In this document: positions 20,261-30,752 of the stretch, in pieces
How the letters are laid out: each line of letters starts with the position of its first letter
Position numbering within the stretch: position 1 is the first letter of the stretch
From: Latescibacteria bacterium UBA6620
GTDB lineage: Bacteria > Latescibacterota > UBA2968
NCBI GenBank assembly: GCA_002433075.1
Contig: DJHM01000049.1
Location: forward strand, 12,164-76,163
Direction of reading: 5' to 3'
DNA length: 64,000 nucleotides
The notes under the pieces: model-generated
Told to the model about the DNA's origin: nothing
The model's database searches: none
The model's input: the letters and a program-made list of their open reading frames with translations, nothing else
Position numbers and translations under genes: made by a program

Positions 20261-21295
20261 GTGCCGGAGGGATCTGAAGGTCGCAGCTTGCTGTCCGACG
20301 TGGCAGAAGCGACGCGACTGGCCGAAGGTCCCGAAGGTGTGCGCCGAGTGATAAGGACCGTGCTTCGCCGGGGTCCCGTGCCAATTCGCGATGTGGCACG
20401 GGACCTTGGCATTCCGGTGCCGGTGGTTGCAGCGGTGAGGGGGGAACTGGAACAGCGCGGGCTCCTGACTCGAGGTGCAGGGATCGAGTTGACCGAAGCG
20501 GGTGTTCGTGCGGCCGAAGGCGATATCGGTTTGAAGTGCCGGCGCGTGTTCGATCGTTCCACAACGGAGGTTCCGCAGGATCTGGCACCCGTCGTGGCGG
20601 CGCTCGATGACCTTTCCGAACGTCGGCCGGCGGTCGATCCTTCTCTGGACCAATCGCATGCCACGAGCGAGACGGCCCTTCGTCGAGCCGTCTATCTCTA
20701 CGAACACGATGCGCTCGAAGGCCGTCGTCTTTTCTTTTTAGGCGATGACGACCTGACGTCGGTGGCCGCCGGTCTGGCAGCTCGCGAACTCGGGCTCGGG
20801 CGTCTGGACATCGACGTCGTCGATATCGACGATCGTCTGGTCCAATTTGTCAACCAGACGGCTGCGAAGGAAGGGTTGCCCATCCGTGCGTTCCAGCACG
20901 ACATGAGGATTCCGCTTCCGGCTGAACTGATGGGGCGGTTCGATGCGTTCTTCACGGACCCCCCGTACACGCTTGATGGCCTGGGTGTTTTCGTGTCCCG
21001 GGGTGTGGAGTCCCTGGTGGCGGAAATCGGGAAGCAGGCTTTTGTCTGCTTCGGGCGGCGTTCGCCTGAAGAGACGGCGGGGCTGATCGATCGGCTACTT
21101 CGATCGGGCCTGGCTCCAGTCGAGATGTTACCGACGTTCAACGAGTACGTCGGTGCCCAGTTGCTGGCAGGACAGAGCCAGATGATTCGGTGTGTGCGAT
21201 CCGACCCTGGCCGCGCAACGGTGACCGAACGATACGAAGGGCCAATGTACACGGCGGAGTTCAGGAAGGGGCGGTCCCGTGGGAGAACCGTTTAG
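20261..21295 (+). CDS. Branched-chain polyamine synthase (BpsA/DUF43) family protein with N-terminal HTH-like region
   Basis: DQSHAT.ET..RRA, LEGRRLFFLGDDDLTS, DIDDRL, HDMRIPLP, FDAFFTDPPYT. Confidence 0.8.
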   Translation: MPEGSEGRSLLSDVAEATRLAEGPEGVRRVIRTVLRRGPVPIRDVARDLGIPVPVVAAVRGELEQRGLLTRGAGIELTEAGVRAAEGDIGLKCRRVFDRSTTEVPQDLAPVVAALDDLSERRPAVDPSLDQSHATSETALRRAVYLYEHDALEGRRLFFLGDDDLTSVAAGLAARELGLGRLDIDVVDIDDRLVQFVNQTAAKEGLPIRAFQHDMRIPLPAELMGRFDAFFTDPPYTLDGLGVFVSRGVESLVAEIGKQAFVCFGRRSPEETAGLIDRLLRSGLAPVEMLPTFNEYVGAQLLAGQSQMIRCVRSDPGRATVTERYEGPMYTAEFRKGRSRGRTV

Positions 21296-22181
21296 TGGCC
21301 CCGGGATCGACCCGTCCCGCACGGTCGAACTGCGTACACTCTTCTCGGTACACGGCAAGCGACTGTGGTGTTACTTCGTACCCTTTCTGTGCTGTTACAG
21401 CCTGGCTCCTCGCCGCATCGTGAGGGTGACAGAGTGGGGCGGAGCCACGTGGGTGACCGCCCATTCTGACGGTCCTCGGGGTCGTCGGGTCGATCTGGTC
21501 GTACCCCCTCTGCCGTTCGTGCAGGAGACGTGGGACGTTGGAAACTCCGCGATCACCGAGATCAACGAGGGTGCTTCGCCACGGATTCTGTGGTCGGATG
21601 CAGAGGATGCGGCCATCGGCGGCAAGATGGGGCTGCGTGTCCAGGAGAAGGAAACCGAATACATCTACGACCCGAGAGCAATCGCAGCGTTGGAAGGCCG
21701 GCCGTTTCGCGATCTGCGCAAGCGGGTCAGGCGATTCGAGCGAGAGGTTGGAGCTCGGATCCGGCCCCTGGAACCGCCCGATGTCGACGATTGCGATCGA
21801 CTGCTCAAGCACTGGCGTCGCCTCCAGGGTCGACGTCACCCTTTCCTGCTGGACTGGGGCTATACAAGAGCTTCACTGGATCGATTTAGCCAGTGGAGCG
21901 TTGAAGAGATGCGCGGGTGGGTGCTGGACCAGGAAGGCCGCACGCTTGGGTTCGCGATGGCGGGACCGTTGGGACAGGACGAGGCGTGTTTTTTCGTTGC
22001 CAAGTCCGATCCGGAGACGCGGTGGGCCTCGGAGTTTCTTCGCTGGCAGGTGTATGAGGAGTTGCGGGGTTATCGCTGTGTGAACGACGCCGGGGATCTG
22101 GGGCTGCCGGGACTTTGTCAATACAAGCGCAAGTTTCGACCCGTCGAGCGCCTTAAGAGCTTTGGCCTCGAGTCATCCTGA
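21279..22181 (+). CDS. DUF2156 / MprF C-terminal-like aminoacyl-transferase domain protein
   Basis: EYIYD...LEGRPFRDLRKRVRRF, AKSD, VNDAGDLGLPGL.QYKRKFRPV. Confidence 0.75.
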   Translation: MGEPFSGPGIDPSRTVELRTLFSVHGKRLWCYFVPFLCCYSLAPRRIVRVTEWGGATWVTAHSDGPRGRRVDLVVPPLPFVQETWDVGNSAITEINEGASPRILWSDAEDAAIGGKMGLRVQEKETEYIYDPRAIAALEGRPFRDLRKRVRRFEREVGARIRPLEPPDVDDCDRLLKHWRRLQGRRHPFLLDWGYTRASLDRFSQWSVEEMRGWVLDQEGRTLGFAMAGPLGQDEACFFVAKSDPETRWASEFLRWQVYEELRGYRCVNDAGDLGLPGLCQYKRKFRPVERLKSFGLESS

Positions 22182-22209
22182 CGTCAAGTCTACTATAGGA
22201 TTCTGAACC

Positions 22210-22503
22210 ATGTCACGAGTCGCCCTCTGCCTAGCACTAATGATCATCGCCGGTTGTGCGAGTACGCACAGCTACCAGACCTACCTAGTTGTCCACGATC
22301 TCTCGACGCTTCAGACGGGTGAAGAAGTGAGAATCGTCCTCAAGGGCGGGGAGACAATGCGAGGAACGGTCAAGGCGGTGGCCCTGCCGGACATCGAAAT
22401 TTCCACCTTCGATCGGGGTGACCGGAAAATCAACAGGGCATCGATCCACGTCGCAGAGCGAATCGTGCGGACACGTTTCAGCGAGCCGCCCGAAGGATCC
22501 TGA
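22210..22503 (+). CDS. Small lipoprotein
   Basis: Signal peptide with lipobox IAGC; GEEVRIVLKGGETMRGTV is Sm/SH3-like. Confidence 0.6.
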   Translation: MSRVALCLALMIIAGCASTHSYQTYLVVHDLSTLQTGEEVRIVLKGGETMRGTVKAVALPDIEISTFDRGDRKINRASIHVAERIVRTRFSEPPEGS

Positions 22504-22532
22504 CTCCACCCTCGGTCCCGTCCAAGCCGCGC

Positions 22533-23906
22533 CTAGGCCAGTTCGACTTCCTCTCCCCGTTCAGGTCTCACCACGCTGACGTTCGGATTCCTCGTTTTCA
22601 CAGCCGATTCCATCCAATCTGCCGCATCGCGATCCCCGTGGACCAGCAAAAGGGTCCTGGGGTTCACTCCTTCAATGAGCGCAAGGAGATCCTGTCTGTT
22701 GGAATGCGCCGAGAAGTGGAATCGGTCGATCGTGCACGCGACTGGAATCGACCGTCCATCCTCTGTCATCTGAAGGATCTGTCCCTTTTTCGCCGCGCCT
22801 ACCCGATGACCCGGCATCCGGGGGTCGCAGTATCCCACGAAGAAGATCCCGTGGTGGTCGTAGGGTAACATCTTCTCCGCGAGCTTGTAGGACATCGTGT
22901 TCTCGGCCATCATCCCGGACGAGACGAGGACGATGCTGGGCTCTTTGAGATAGCGACCGTGGGTCACATCGCCGGGCGGGATTCTGCGGATGTCGAGGTG
23001 CGCGAGCCAGATGTCGTTTTCGTGACGCCGGGACCGTTCACTCGTGCGATCGTAGATGCGCGAGATCTGGGACCCGAAGCCGGCGCTGTAAATTTCGACG
23101 TCGCGGGTCTTTCCCGAAGCTCGGAGTCGGCAGAGGAGGGCCAGCATCTCCTGGGCCCGCCCCAAACTGAAAGCAGGGATTAGCACCGTGCCCCCACGCT
23201 CGAGTACTTCATTGATGGCCCGTGCGAAGCGGCTGATTTCGGATGCTCGAGTCAGGTGTTCGGCATTCTCGTCGGCGCCGAGGGTGCATTCGCAGATCAG
23301 GATGTCAACCTGCTCGGGATAGACGGCTCCCGGGATGATTTCCTGGTCCTGGACGCACGTATCGCTCGTGTAGAAGACCGTCTGGCCGCTGCCCTGCAGC
23401 CAGATTCCGGCGGCCCCCAGAATGTGACCCGCATCGTAGAGCCGAGCCTGCAAGTCTGTTCCGTCCTGTAGCGAACTGTAAATCGGGAAAGCACGATTGG
23501 TTCGCATCCCCTGAAAGACGTAGGACATCGCATCGACGTCCTCGAGGGTGTAGAGCGGATAATCCTCGATGCCTGCTTCGATCTTCAGCCTTTCCATCAC
23601 TTTGACCGTGTGCCCGAGCATCACGGGTGCTAGGGCGGCGCCCGCATCGGACATAAAAACACGGGCGTGAGGAAAGTAGGTGAGGGCCACGGGTAACGAA
23701 CCGAGATGGTCCAGGTGGCAGTGGGATACGAGGATCGCCTCCAGATCGACGTCCCGGATGCGATCGTAGTCCGGCAGGCTCTCGCGTCCCTCGTAGCGAG
23801 GATGCACGCCAGCGTCCAGGAGGACAGAGGTGCCTTCGATATCGAGAAAATGGGCGGAGTCGCCTATTTCGTCGGAGGCGCCGAGACCGATGTAGCGGAT
23901 ACTCAT
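22533..23906 (-). CDS. MBL-fold beta-CASP ribonuclease
   Basis: LLDAG, SHCHLDHLG, AGHILG, LIPAFSLGRAQE, SSGMM, FSAHS, LVHGD. Confidence 0.92.
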   Translation of the reverse strand: MSIRYIGLGASDEIGDSAHFLDIEGTSVLLDAGVHPRYEGRESLPDYDRIRDVDLEAILVSHCHLDHLGSLPVALTYFPHARVFMSDAGAALAPVMLGHTVKVMERLKIEAGIEDYPLYTLEDVDAMSYVFQGMRTNRAFPIYSSLQDGTDLQARLYDAGHILGAAGIWLQGSGQTVFYTSDTCVQDQEIIPGAVYPEQVDILICECTLGADENAEHLTRASEISRFARAINEVLERGGTVLIPAFSLGRAQEMLALLCRLRASGKTRDVEIYSAGFGSQISRIYDRTSERSRRHENDIWLAHLDIRRIPPGDVTHGRYLKEPSIVLVSSGMMAENTMSYKLAEKMLPYDHHGIFFVGYCDPRMPGHRVGAAKKGQILQMTEDGRSIPVACTIDRFHFSAHSNRQDLLALIEGVNPRTLLLVHGDRDAADWMESAVKTRNPNVSVVRPERGEEVELA

Positions 23907-24736
23907 TCGGTGGAGGCGAGCACGCGCTCTACCTGTTCGTCCCAGGTGCCGGCGACGGTGGTCCCGTACTCCTCTAGGCCTCCTGTGGCCTGGGGCCCGG
24001 TAATGTGCGAATAGCGACGGGATTCTTTTTCGAGGACGTGATCGGGGATGAAGTCTGTTCTGAGGAAATGGAGGGCCAGTCCCGCTCGTTCGTGGTTGCT
24101 GAGGTTGGCTTTGGTAGAGTGAGCGGTGCCGTAGTTGAAGAACGCGACGCCTCCGGCAGGTAGCTCGATCGGGACCGCTTGATCTTCAGGTACAGGGCAG
24201 TGAATGTGGTGGTCGCTTCGCGGATCTCGATCGTGGTCGTAGGGCGTGATGTCACTCCGGGGAATCACGTGGAGCGTGCCGTTTCCGATGTTTGCGTCGT
24301 GGAGAGCCACCCACATCGCGGTGCCCTTTGTAGGGTCGGCAATTTTGAAGTAGGCGTTATCCTGGTGCCAATCCGTGCCGATTCCGGTCTTGGGGGGCTT
24401 CAGGAAAATCTGGTCGAGATAGAAGACGAAGGGATCGCCAATTAGCTGGCCGATCGCGGCGATGACCTTTGGATGCTGTGGAAGGGTGCGGTAGAAATCG
24501 CTCTTGGGGGTGATCGGGCAGATCTGGAGATTGTGTATCTCCTCGGAATGTGTTTCCCCATCGTCGTCAGTAGCTACATTCCGGATCAGCCCTTCCCGGC
24601 AGAATCGGTCCAGTTCCGCTCGCATTGCGTCGATTTCCCGGGCGGAGAAGAAGGCCGGAGTCGACGTGTAGCCCTCTTTTCGGAATTGGTCGATACAATC
24701 TTTGAGAAGCGGATGCGTGTCGGTTAGGGTCGTCAC
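23903..24736 (-). CDS. Phytanoyl-CoA dioxygenase (PhyH) family Fe(II)/2OG enzyme
   Basis: FLKPP, WHQDNAY, WVALHDA..GNGTL.VIP.S, HSTKAN. Confidence 0.88.
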   Translation of the reverse strand: MTTLTDTHPLLKDCIDQFRKEGYTSTPAFFSAREIDAMRAELDRFCREGLIRNVATDDDGETHSEEIHNLQICPITPKSDFYRTLPQHPKVIAAIGQLIGDPFVFYLDQIFLKPPKTGIGTDWHQDNAYFKIADPTKGTAMWVALHDANIGNGTLHVIPRSDITPYDHDRDPRSDHHIHCPVPEDQAVPIELPAGGVAFFNYGTAHSTKANLSNHERAGLALHFLRTDFIPDHVLEKESRRYSHITGPQATGGLEEYGTTVAGTWDEQVERVLASTE

Positions 24737-24828
24737 GTTCTGAAAATAGGTGCCCCTCTTTGGCGAGTCAAGGTAGCATAACGAGACAGGCCCATCGTTT
24801 CCACATCGCTCGATGAAAGGCTGCCGTT

Positions 24829-26145
24829 TTGAAGTTCATCGCCGACCTCCACCTTCACTCGCGTTTCAGTATGGCCACGAGCAAGGAACTCACGTGCGAG
24901 AACCTGCACCGTTGGAGCGCGCTGAAGGGGATCGATGTGGTGGGTACCGGTGATTTCGCCCATACTGAATGGCTGGCGGAGCTGAAGGACAGGCTCCAGC
25001 CCACAGGGGAGGGCCTTTATTGCTTGAGATCGACCCTTCGGCCGCCGGTCGAGGCGTCGTTGCCGCGCCTGTGCGTGCGAGACGTGAACTTTATGCTGAC
25101 GGTCGAGATCAGCCTGATCTAAAAGAAGGACGATCGGACACGCAAAGTACATCACGTCGTGATGATGCCGGACTTCGATGCGGTCGATCGGCTCAACGCC
25201 CGCCTGGGGACACTCGGCAACCTGAATTCTGATGGTCGCCCCATCCTCGGACTGGACAGTCGCGATCTGGTCGAGATCTGCGTCGAAGCGTGTGAAGAGG
25301 TCCTGTTCCTGCCGGCGCATATCTGGACACCACACTTTTCCGCGCTGGGAGCCCGGTCGAGGTTCGATGCGCTCGAACATTGCTTCGAAGATATGCTTCC
25401 GCACATTCACGCGGTCGAAATGGGCCTTTCGTCAGATCCCTCGATGAACTGTCGTCTATCGATGCTCGACGACTATGCGCTGGTTTCGAACTCGGACGCC
25501 CACTCACCGTCCAAACTGGGGAGAGAGGCCACGTGCTTCGACACAGAGCTGTCCTACGCGGCAATTCTGGATGCCGTGAAGTCACGGGATCCGAAGCAGC
25601 TGATGGGCACGCTCGAATTTTTTCCGGAGGAGGGGAAGTACCACCACGACGGACATCGCAAGTGCGGCGTCCGTCTCGCGCCACGTGACAGCATCGAACC
25701 GGGCGGTCTGTGCCCGAAGTGCGAGAAGCCGATGACGATGGGCGTGCTGAACCGGATCGAACAATTTGCGGACAGGCCGGAGGGCCAACGTGAACGGGTC
25801 GTCAGATACGAGAGCCTGATTGCGCTGGTCGAGCTGATTTCGGCGACCGTCGGGGTGGGACCGAATTCCAAACGAGTTGCCGGGATCTACGATGAGATGC
25901 TCGAATCGCTCGGTCCCGAACTCGAGATTCTGAGGACGGTGCCAGCTGAGGCGATCGGCGGAGCCGGATTCGACGAAGTTGCGGAGACGATTGACGGTGT
26001 TCGGGCAGGAGAGGTGCAGATCGTTCCTGGCTACGACGGGGTGTTCGGTTCGATTACGGCTGGAGGTGAGGGTTTGTCGGCTGGGGAGGATGCGCAGACT
26101 GTGTCGGGCGAGGCGTTTGAGAAGGAAGGACGGATTTCCGATTGA
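24829..26145 (+). pseudogene. Endonuclease Q / TIGR00375 PHP-domain protein with in-frame TAA
   Basis: ADLHLHSRFS.ATSK, GTGDF, PAHIWTP, EMGLSSD, SNSDAHS, GKYHHDGHRKC, CPKC, PGYDGVFG; both ORFs share a frame and are split by TAA at 25120-22 (ISLI*KK). Confidence 0.85.
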
Positions 26146-26167
26146 CGATTCCCGATCTCCGAATGGG
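26133..26167. repeat. Degenerate 7-mer tandem repeat
   Basis: GATTTCC GATTGAC GATTCCC GATCTCC GAATGGG. Confidence 0.45.
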
Positions 26168-26208
26168 GGAAGGGGAGGAGCCCTTTTCGGAACTCTTTTT
26201 GGACTGCA

Positions 26209-27414
26209 CTACTCCCGCTCGACGTGGCTTGTCGCCTCCCAGATGGCGGCGGCGATGTAGGCGTTGTCCTCCTCTGTCATCTGCGGATGCAACCCGACGC
26301 AAAACAGACGTTTCCCGATGTCGGCTGTGACCGGCAGGTTTCCGATCTGTCCGTCGGCGGCCTGATTGAGTAGCGGATGGCCTTCCCAGACGGGCGGGTT
26401 GCCGACCATACAGCCGACGAGGTAATCGTCTCGGAGAATCTCGATCATCCGGTCCCGTTTTGCTCCGGCCCAATGTGGCGGGGCGAGCAAAGTGAAGAGA
26501 TAGTAGGTATGCGTGCAATCCTGCGGTTCGTAGGGCATCTCGTGATGCGGTAACCCCTCCAGAAGGGCAATCCGCTCCTTGGCTCGTTTCGCCCTGAGCG
26601 CGAGCATTTCGTCCAGTCGTTGTAACTGGACGGTCCCGACCGCGGCCTGCACCTTCGTGAGTTTGTAGCTCGATCCCCAACCTTCGGATTCTCCACCCCA
26701 CTGTCTCATCCCGCGTAACTGGGTTGCCAGCTCGGCATCGTCGGTTGTGATCATTCCGCCTTCGCCAAGCGTAGACATCAGCTTCATCGTGTGGAAGCTG
26801 AAGACGTTGGCCCAACCCACCTTCCCGATCTTGCCACCCTTGTAACCTCCTCCGCACGCCCGTGCGGCATCGCCGATCACCCGGATGGGGCCGTGGGGAG
26901 GGGAGTGCGCTCGAGCGACTTCCACCAGATCGTCCATCGCGGCAGAGAGTCCATTCATATGTACGGGGAGGATGGCCCGTGTCCGGGGCGTAATCCGATT
27001 CGCGACGTCGTCGGGGTCCGCACAAAATGTCCGCGGATCGATTTCGCAGAAAATCGGCACGCCGCCCGCACCAATGATCGCGAGAGCGGATGCCTTGAAG
27101 TTGATCGCGGGGACGATGACTTCGTCTCCAGGCTGAAGGTCTATGGTGCGCACGGCCATATCGAGGCCTACGCTGGCCGTGCTGACTGAAACGGCGTACT
27201 TCGTTCCGCAGTAGTCGGCGAAGGCGCGTTCGAACTCGAGGATCTCGTCGACGATGAACCCGAACCCTACTCGGTAGTCCATCGAGCCACGGATGGCATC
27301 GACCGTCGCTTCGATCTCGGCTTCGGTATACCACCCACCCAGCTGCGGTTCGCCCGGAAAGAGCGCGGGAGGACGATGGGAATCTAGAATCTGGCGACGA
27401 TCTGTTTCTGTCAT
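26209..27414 (-). CDS. DegT/DnrJ/EryC1/StrS aminotransferase
   Basis: FERAFADYCG, PGDEVIVP, AILPVHMNG, GDAARACG, FSFHTMKLMSTLGEGGMITT; start moved to MTETDRR. Confidence 0.88.
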   Translation of the reverse strand: MTETDRRQILDSHRPPALFPGEPQLGGWYTEAEIEATVDAIRGSMDYRVGFGFIVDEILEFERAFADYCGTKYAVSVSTASVGLDMAVRTIDLQPGDEVIVPAINFKASALAIIGAGGVPIFCEIDPRTFCADPDDVANRITPRTRAILPVHMNGLSAAMDDLVEVARAHSPPHGPIRVIGDAARACGGGYKGGKIGKVGWANVFSFHTMKLMSTLGEGGMITTDDAELATQLRGMRQWGGESEGWGSSYKLTKVQAAVGTVQLQRLDEMLALRAKRAKERIALLEGLPHHEMPYEPQDCTHTYYLFTLLAPPHWAGAKRDRMIEILRDDYLVGCMVGNPPVWEGHPLLNQAADGQIGNLPVTADIGKRLFCVGLHPQMTEEDNAYIAAAIWEATSHVERE

Positions 27415-27511
27415 AGCGGCCTCTGGATGGGCAGTTGCGATGGCATTGTGATACGTCGTAGATTGATCTGGCGCAAGCCGAACCTCCAATGCCCAGCCAA
27501 GGCTACCGCTC

Positions 27512-28873
27512 GTGTCTACTCGGCCCAATGTTCTGTTCATTTCGTACGACGACATGAATCACTATGTCGGCTTCCTAGGTCGGCATCCGGACGCTGTTTC
27601 GCCCAACCTGAACCGTCTGGCCGAGCGAAGTGTTGTCTTCGAGCGGGCCTACTGCCAGGCCCCCATCTGCAATCCGTCACGAGCGAGCCTGATGTCGGGC
27701 CTGTGGCCGTCGACGACGGGTGTCTACAATAACCGCCAGCCGTTGCGATTCTCTGCGACAGGCGAGCATTGTGTCACCCTCCCGCAGGCTTTCCGCGCGA
27801 ACGGTTACGAGGCGACGGGCAGCGGTAAGGTCTACCACGGCAAGTTTCCTGATCCGATGTCCTGGGACGACTATGTTCCCGGCCCGTTCCAGCAGACCCA
27901 CAGAGGACCTTCCTACGAGGGGCCTCTGAACGGAATGGCCGATATGGGGAACGTTGACTGGGGCGCATTGGATATCGGGGATCGGGAGATGTCCGATCAT
28001 CGCGCAGTCGATACCTGTCTGGCCTACCTTGAGAAGGAGCACGAGCAGCCCTTCTTCTTGACGTGCGGCCAGACGGTTACGCACCTAACGTGGGTGACGC
28101 CGCGCCCCCATCACGAGCTTTTCTATCCCGCTTCCACGACGTTGCCCGACGTTCCGGATCACGCCCTCGACAAGGTGTCCGCAGTCGGCCGCAAGTGGGC
28201 GAACACAGACGTTCACCGCCGATTGCGTGATGAAGGCAGATGGGCGGATGCGGTCGCCTCCTATCTTGCGTGTATTCATTTTGCTGACACACAGATGGGG
28301 CGTCTGCTCGACGGATTGGCAGCCAGCCCTCACGCGGACAATACGGTCATTGTGTTCTGGGCGGATCACGGCTGGCACCTGGGCGAGAAGGAGCACTGGA
28401 AGAAGAGCACACTCTGGGAGGAGGCGACGCGGGTGCCCTGTCTGATTTCCGCGCCGGGGATTGAGCCCGGTCGATGCTCCAGACCGGTGGGGTTAATCGA
28501 TCTCTACCCGACGCTGCTGGAACTGTGTGGCTTGCCGCCTCGATCCGATCTGGAAGGGCAGAGCTTACTCCCCCTTCTTCAGGATCCGAATCGATCGTGG
28601 AATCGGCCCGCCCTGACGACGCACGGACGGGGAAATCACGCGGTTCGCTCCGAACGATGGAGATATATTCGATATGCGGATGGATCGGAGGAACTCTACG
28701 ATCACGACGCGGATGAGCTGGAGTGGACGAATCTTGCGGGAGAACCCTATCTCGAGGCTGTGAAGGACGACCTCGCCACGTGGCTTCCCGACACGAATGC
28801 GCCTCACTCAGAGGTTGTCGAATGGCCGGACGGGGATGAAGCCTATCGGCGTCGAATCGAGTCGATGCGGTGA
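27512..28873 (+). CDS. Sulfatase (iduronate-2-sulfatase-like)
   Basis: RPNVLFI..DD, CNPSR formylglycine motif, GKVYH, ADHGWHLGEK. Confidence 0.92.
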   Translation: MSTRPNVLFISYDDMNHYVGFLGRHPDAVSPNLNRLAERSVVFERAYCQAPICNPSRASLMSGLWPSTTGVYNNRQPLRFSATGEHCVTLPQAFRANGYEATGSGKVYHGKFPDPMSWDDYVPGPFQQTHRGPSYEGPLNGMADMGNVDWGALDIGDREMSDHRAVDTCLAYLEKEHEQPFFLTCGQTVTHLTWVTPRPHHELFYPASTTLPDVPDHALDKVSAVGRKWANTDVHRRLRDEGRWADAVASYLACIHFADTQMGRLLDGLAASPHADNTVIVFWADHGWHLGEKEHWKKSTLWEEATRVPCLISAPGIEPGRCSRPVGLIDLYPTLLELCGLPPRSDLEGQSLLPLLQDPNRSWNRPALTTHGRGNHAVRSERWRYIRYADGSEELYDHDADELEWTNLAGEPYLEAVKDDLATWLPDTNAPHSEVVEWPDGDEAYRRRIESMR

Positions 28874-28925
28874 GATCCTCCACCCCTGTGACAGATGTCA
28901 GTGGTGAATTACTGAAAGGATGTGT

Positions 28926-30662
28926 ATGAGCACCTCGCTGACACAGTTTCTGATGGAAAAGAAGGTCGTCTGGATTCTTCTGGTCGGTCTTGCGATGTCC
29001 TACTGGGTTGGGACGGACGTGAGGCCGACGTTCTCCGTCGACGAAACGCGGCTGGACGTTCAGGTGGACGAGGAGAGGGGACCCTACTTTATCGAGCGGG
29101 GGAAGCCCAACTATCTGGACAGCGTCCAGCCTTTCGAGGAAGCGCGTTTGCATCCCAATCGGTTGGACGGCCGCCCCGAAGTCGCGCAGGAGTTCGTATG
29201 GCGGGATGAGGGTGGAATCCGATCCTATTTCAGGCTCGACCTGCGGTCCCACTTTGCCCATTGGTCGCTTCTTCCCGCGCTGGTCGCGATCGTTCTTTGT
29301 TGGATTACGAAAGAACCCATCACGTCTCTTCTCGGCGGAGTCGTTTCGGGCGCGCTTGTTCTGGGACGCTACGACCTGACGGGTGTGCTAGTCTCATCCT
29401 TGTCGACGACGGCTGCCGCGAGCGTGTTGGTTCTATACCTGTGGCTGCTCGGAGGCTTGCTCGGGGTCTGGTCGAAGTCGGGTGGAGCGCAGGCGTTCGC
29501 CGAATTTATGGCGCGGCGCTTCGTGCGTGGTCCGAAGTCGGCGAAGCTGGTCGCCTGGGGGCTTGGGATCGTATTCTTCCAAGGAGGAACGGTCAGTACG
29601 GTTCTCGTCGGTACCACGGTTAAGCCGCTGGCCGACGACCAGAACGTGAGTCACGAGGAATTGTCCTACATCGTGGATTCGACGGCGTCTCCGATCGCCT
29701 CGCAGCTGGCGTTCAATGCGTGGCCTGGCTACATCCAGGCCTTCATTTACGTCGCGGGCGTGAGCTTTCTGGCTACGGAAGCCGATCGAATTCTGTTCTT
29801 CTTCAAGAGCGTGCCTTTCTGCTTCTACGCGATTTTCGCTGTGCTCGGTACCTTCCTGTTGAGCATCGAGAAACCGATTTTCCTGGGGAAGCGGATGCTG
29901 GCGGCGATCGATCGCTCCCGGTCGACGGGGGGCCTCGACCACCCGGAGGCAAATCCACTATCCGCGGCGGAACTTCAGTCGCCTCACGTTCCCGAAGGCT
30001 ATCGCCCGAACCTCATCGATTTCGTTCTGCCGCTCGTGTTACTCATCGGGATCGCCATCGGAACGTTCATCGCTTTCGGATCACCTAACGTCCTGTGGGC
30101 GTTCGGGATCGCCCTGTTGGTCGCTGCGTTGTTGGCCTTGGGAAAGGGGATGCCCCTGAAGGATCTGATGGACGGGATCACGGATGGGATGAAGGGCGTG
30201 GTTGGTGGCTCGGTGATCCTGCTGTTGGCGATCACGATTGGTGGGGTGAGTAAAGAGGCCGGGGGCGGCGCGTATCTGGTGCATCTGCTGAGCGATTCGG
30301 TGCCGTTCTGGCTATTGCCCGTGATGCTGCAGGTGCTGACGATCATCATCGCCTTTTCGACCGGCACGAGCTGGGGGACGTACGCTGTCGCCTTCCCGCT
30401 GGCGATGCCGTTGGCGTGGGCGGTGGCCGGAGCGAACGGACTGGCTTATCCCGAATTCTATATGACGATCTGTTTTGCGGCGGTGATGGACGGAAGTGTG
30501 TTCGGCGATCAGTGTTCGCCGATCTCGGATACGACCGTGTTGAGTTCGATTTCGACGGGGTGCGATCTGATGGACCACGTGAAGACCCAGATTCCACAGG
30601 CGAGTTTTGCTGCGGGTCTGGCCGCCATCTGCTGGACACTGACCGCCTTTCTGTCGGCATAG
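28926..30662 (+). CDS. NhaC-family Na+/H+ antiporter-like transporter
   Basis: SLLPALVAI, LSYIVDSTASP, FSTGTSWGT, GSVFGDQCSPISDTTVLSS, HVKTQIP. Confidence 0.88.
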   Translation: MSTSLTQFLMEKKVVWILLVGLAMSYWVGTDVRPTFSVDETRLDVQVDEERGPYFIERGKPNYLDSVQPFEEARLHPNRLDGRPEVAQEFVWRDEGGIRSYFRLDLRSHFAHWSLLPALVAIVLCWITKEPITSLLGGVVSGALVLGRYDLTGVLVSSLSTTAAASVLVLYLWLLGGLLGVWSKSGGAQAFAEFMARRFVRGPKSAKLVAWGLGIVFFQGGTVSTVLVGTTVKPLADDQNVSHEELSYIVDSTASPIASQLAFNAWPGYIQAFIYVAGVSFLATEADRILFFFKSVPFCFYAIFAVLGTFLLSIEKPIFLGKRMLAAIDRSRSTGGLDHPEANPLSAAELQSPHVPEGYRPNLIDFVLPLVLLIGIAIGTFIAFGSPNVLWAFGIALLVAALLALGKGMPLKDLMDGITDGMKGVVGGSVILLLAITIGGVSKEAGGGAYLVHLLSDSVPFWLLPVMLQVLTIIIAFSTGTSWGTYAVAFPLAMPLAWAVAGANGLAYPEFYMTICFAAVMDGSVFGDQCSPISDTTVLSSISTGCDLMDHVKTQIPQASFAAGLAAICWTLTAFLSA

Positions 30663-30752
30663 ACAGAATCGGCGACACGAAAAAGGCACTGACCGGAGCT
30701 GGAGAAATCGTTGGCTACGAGCCACAACTCTGAGGCATCAAAGGAGAAAAGT

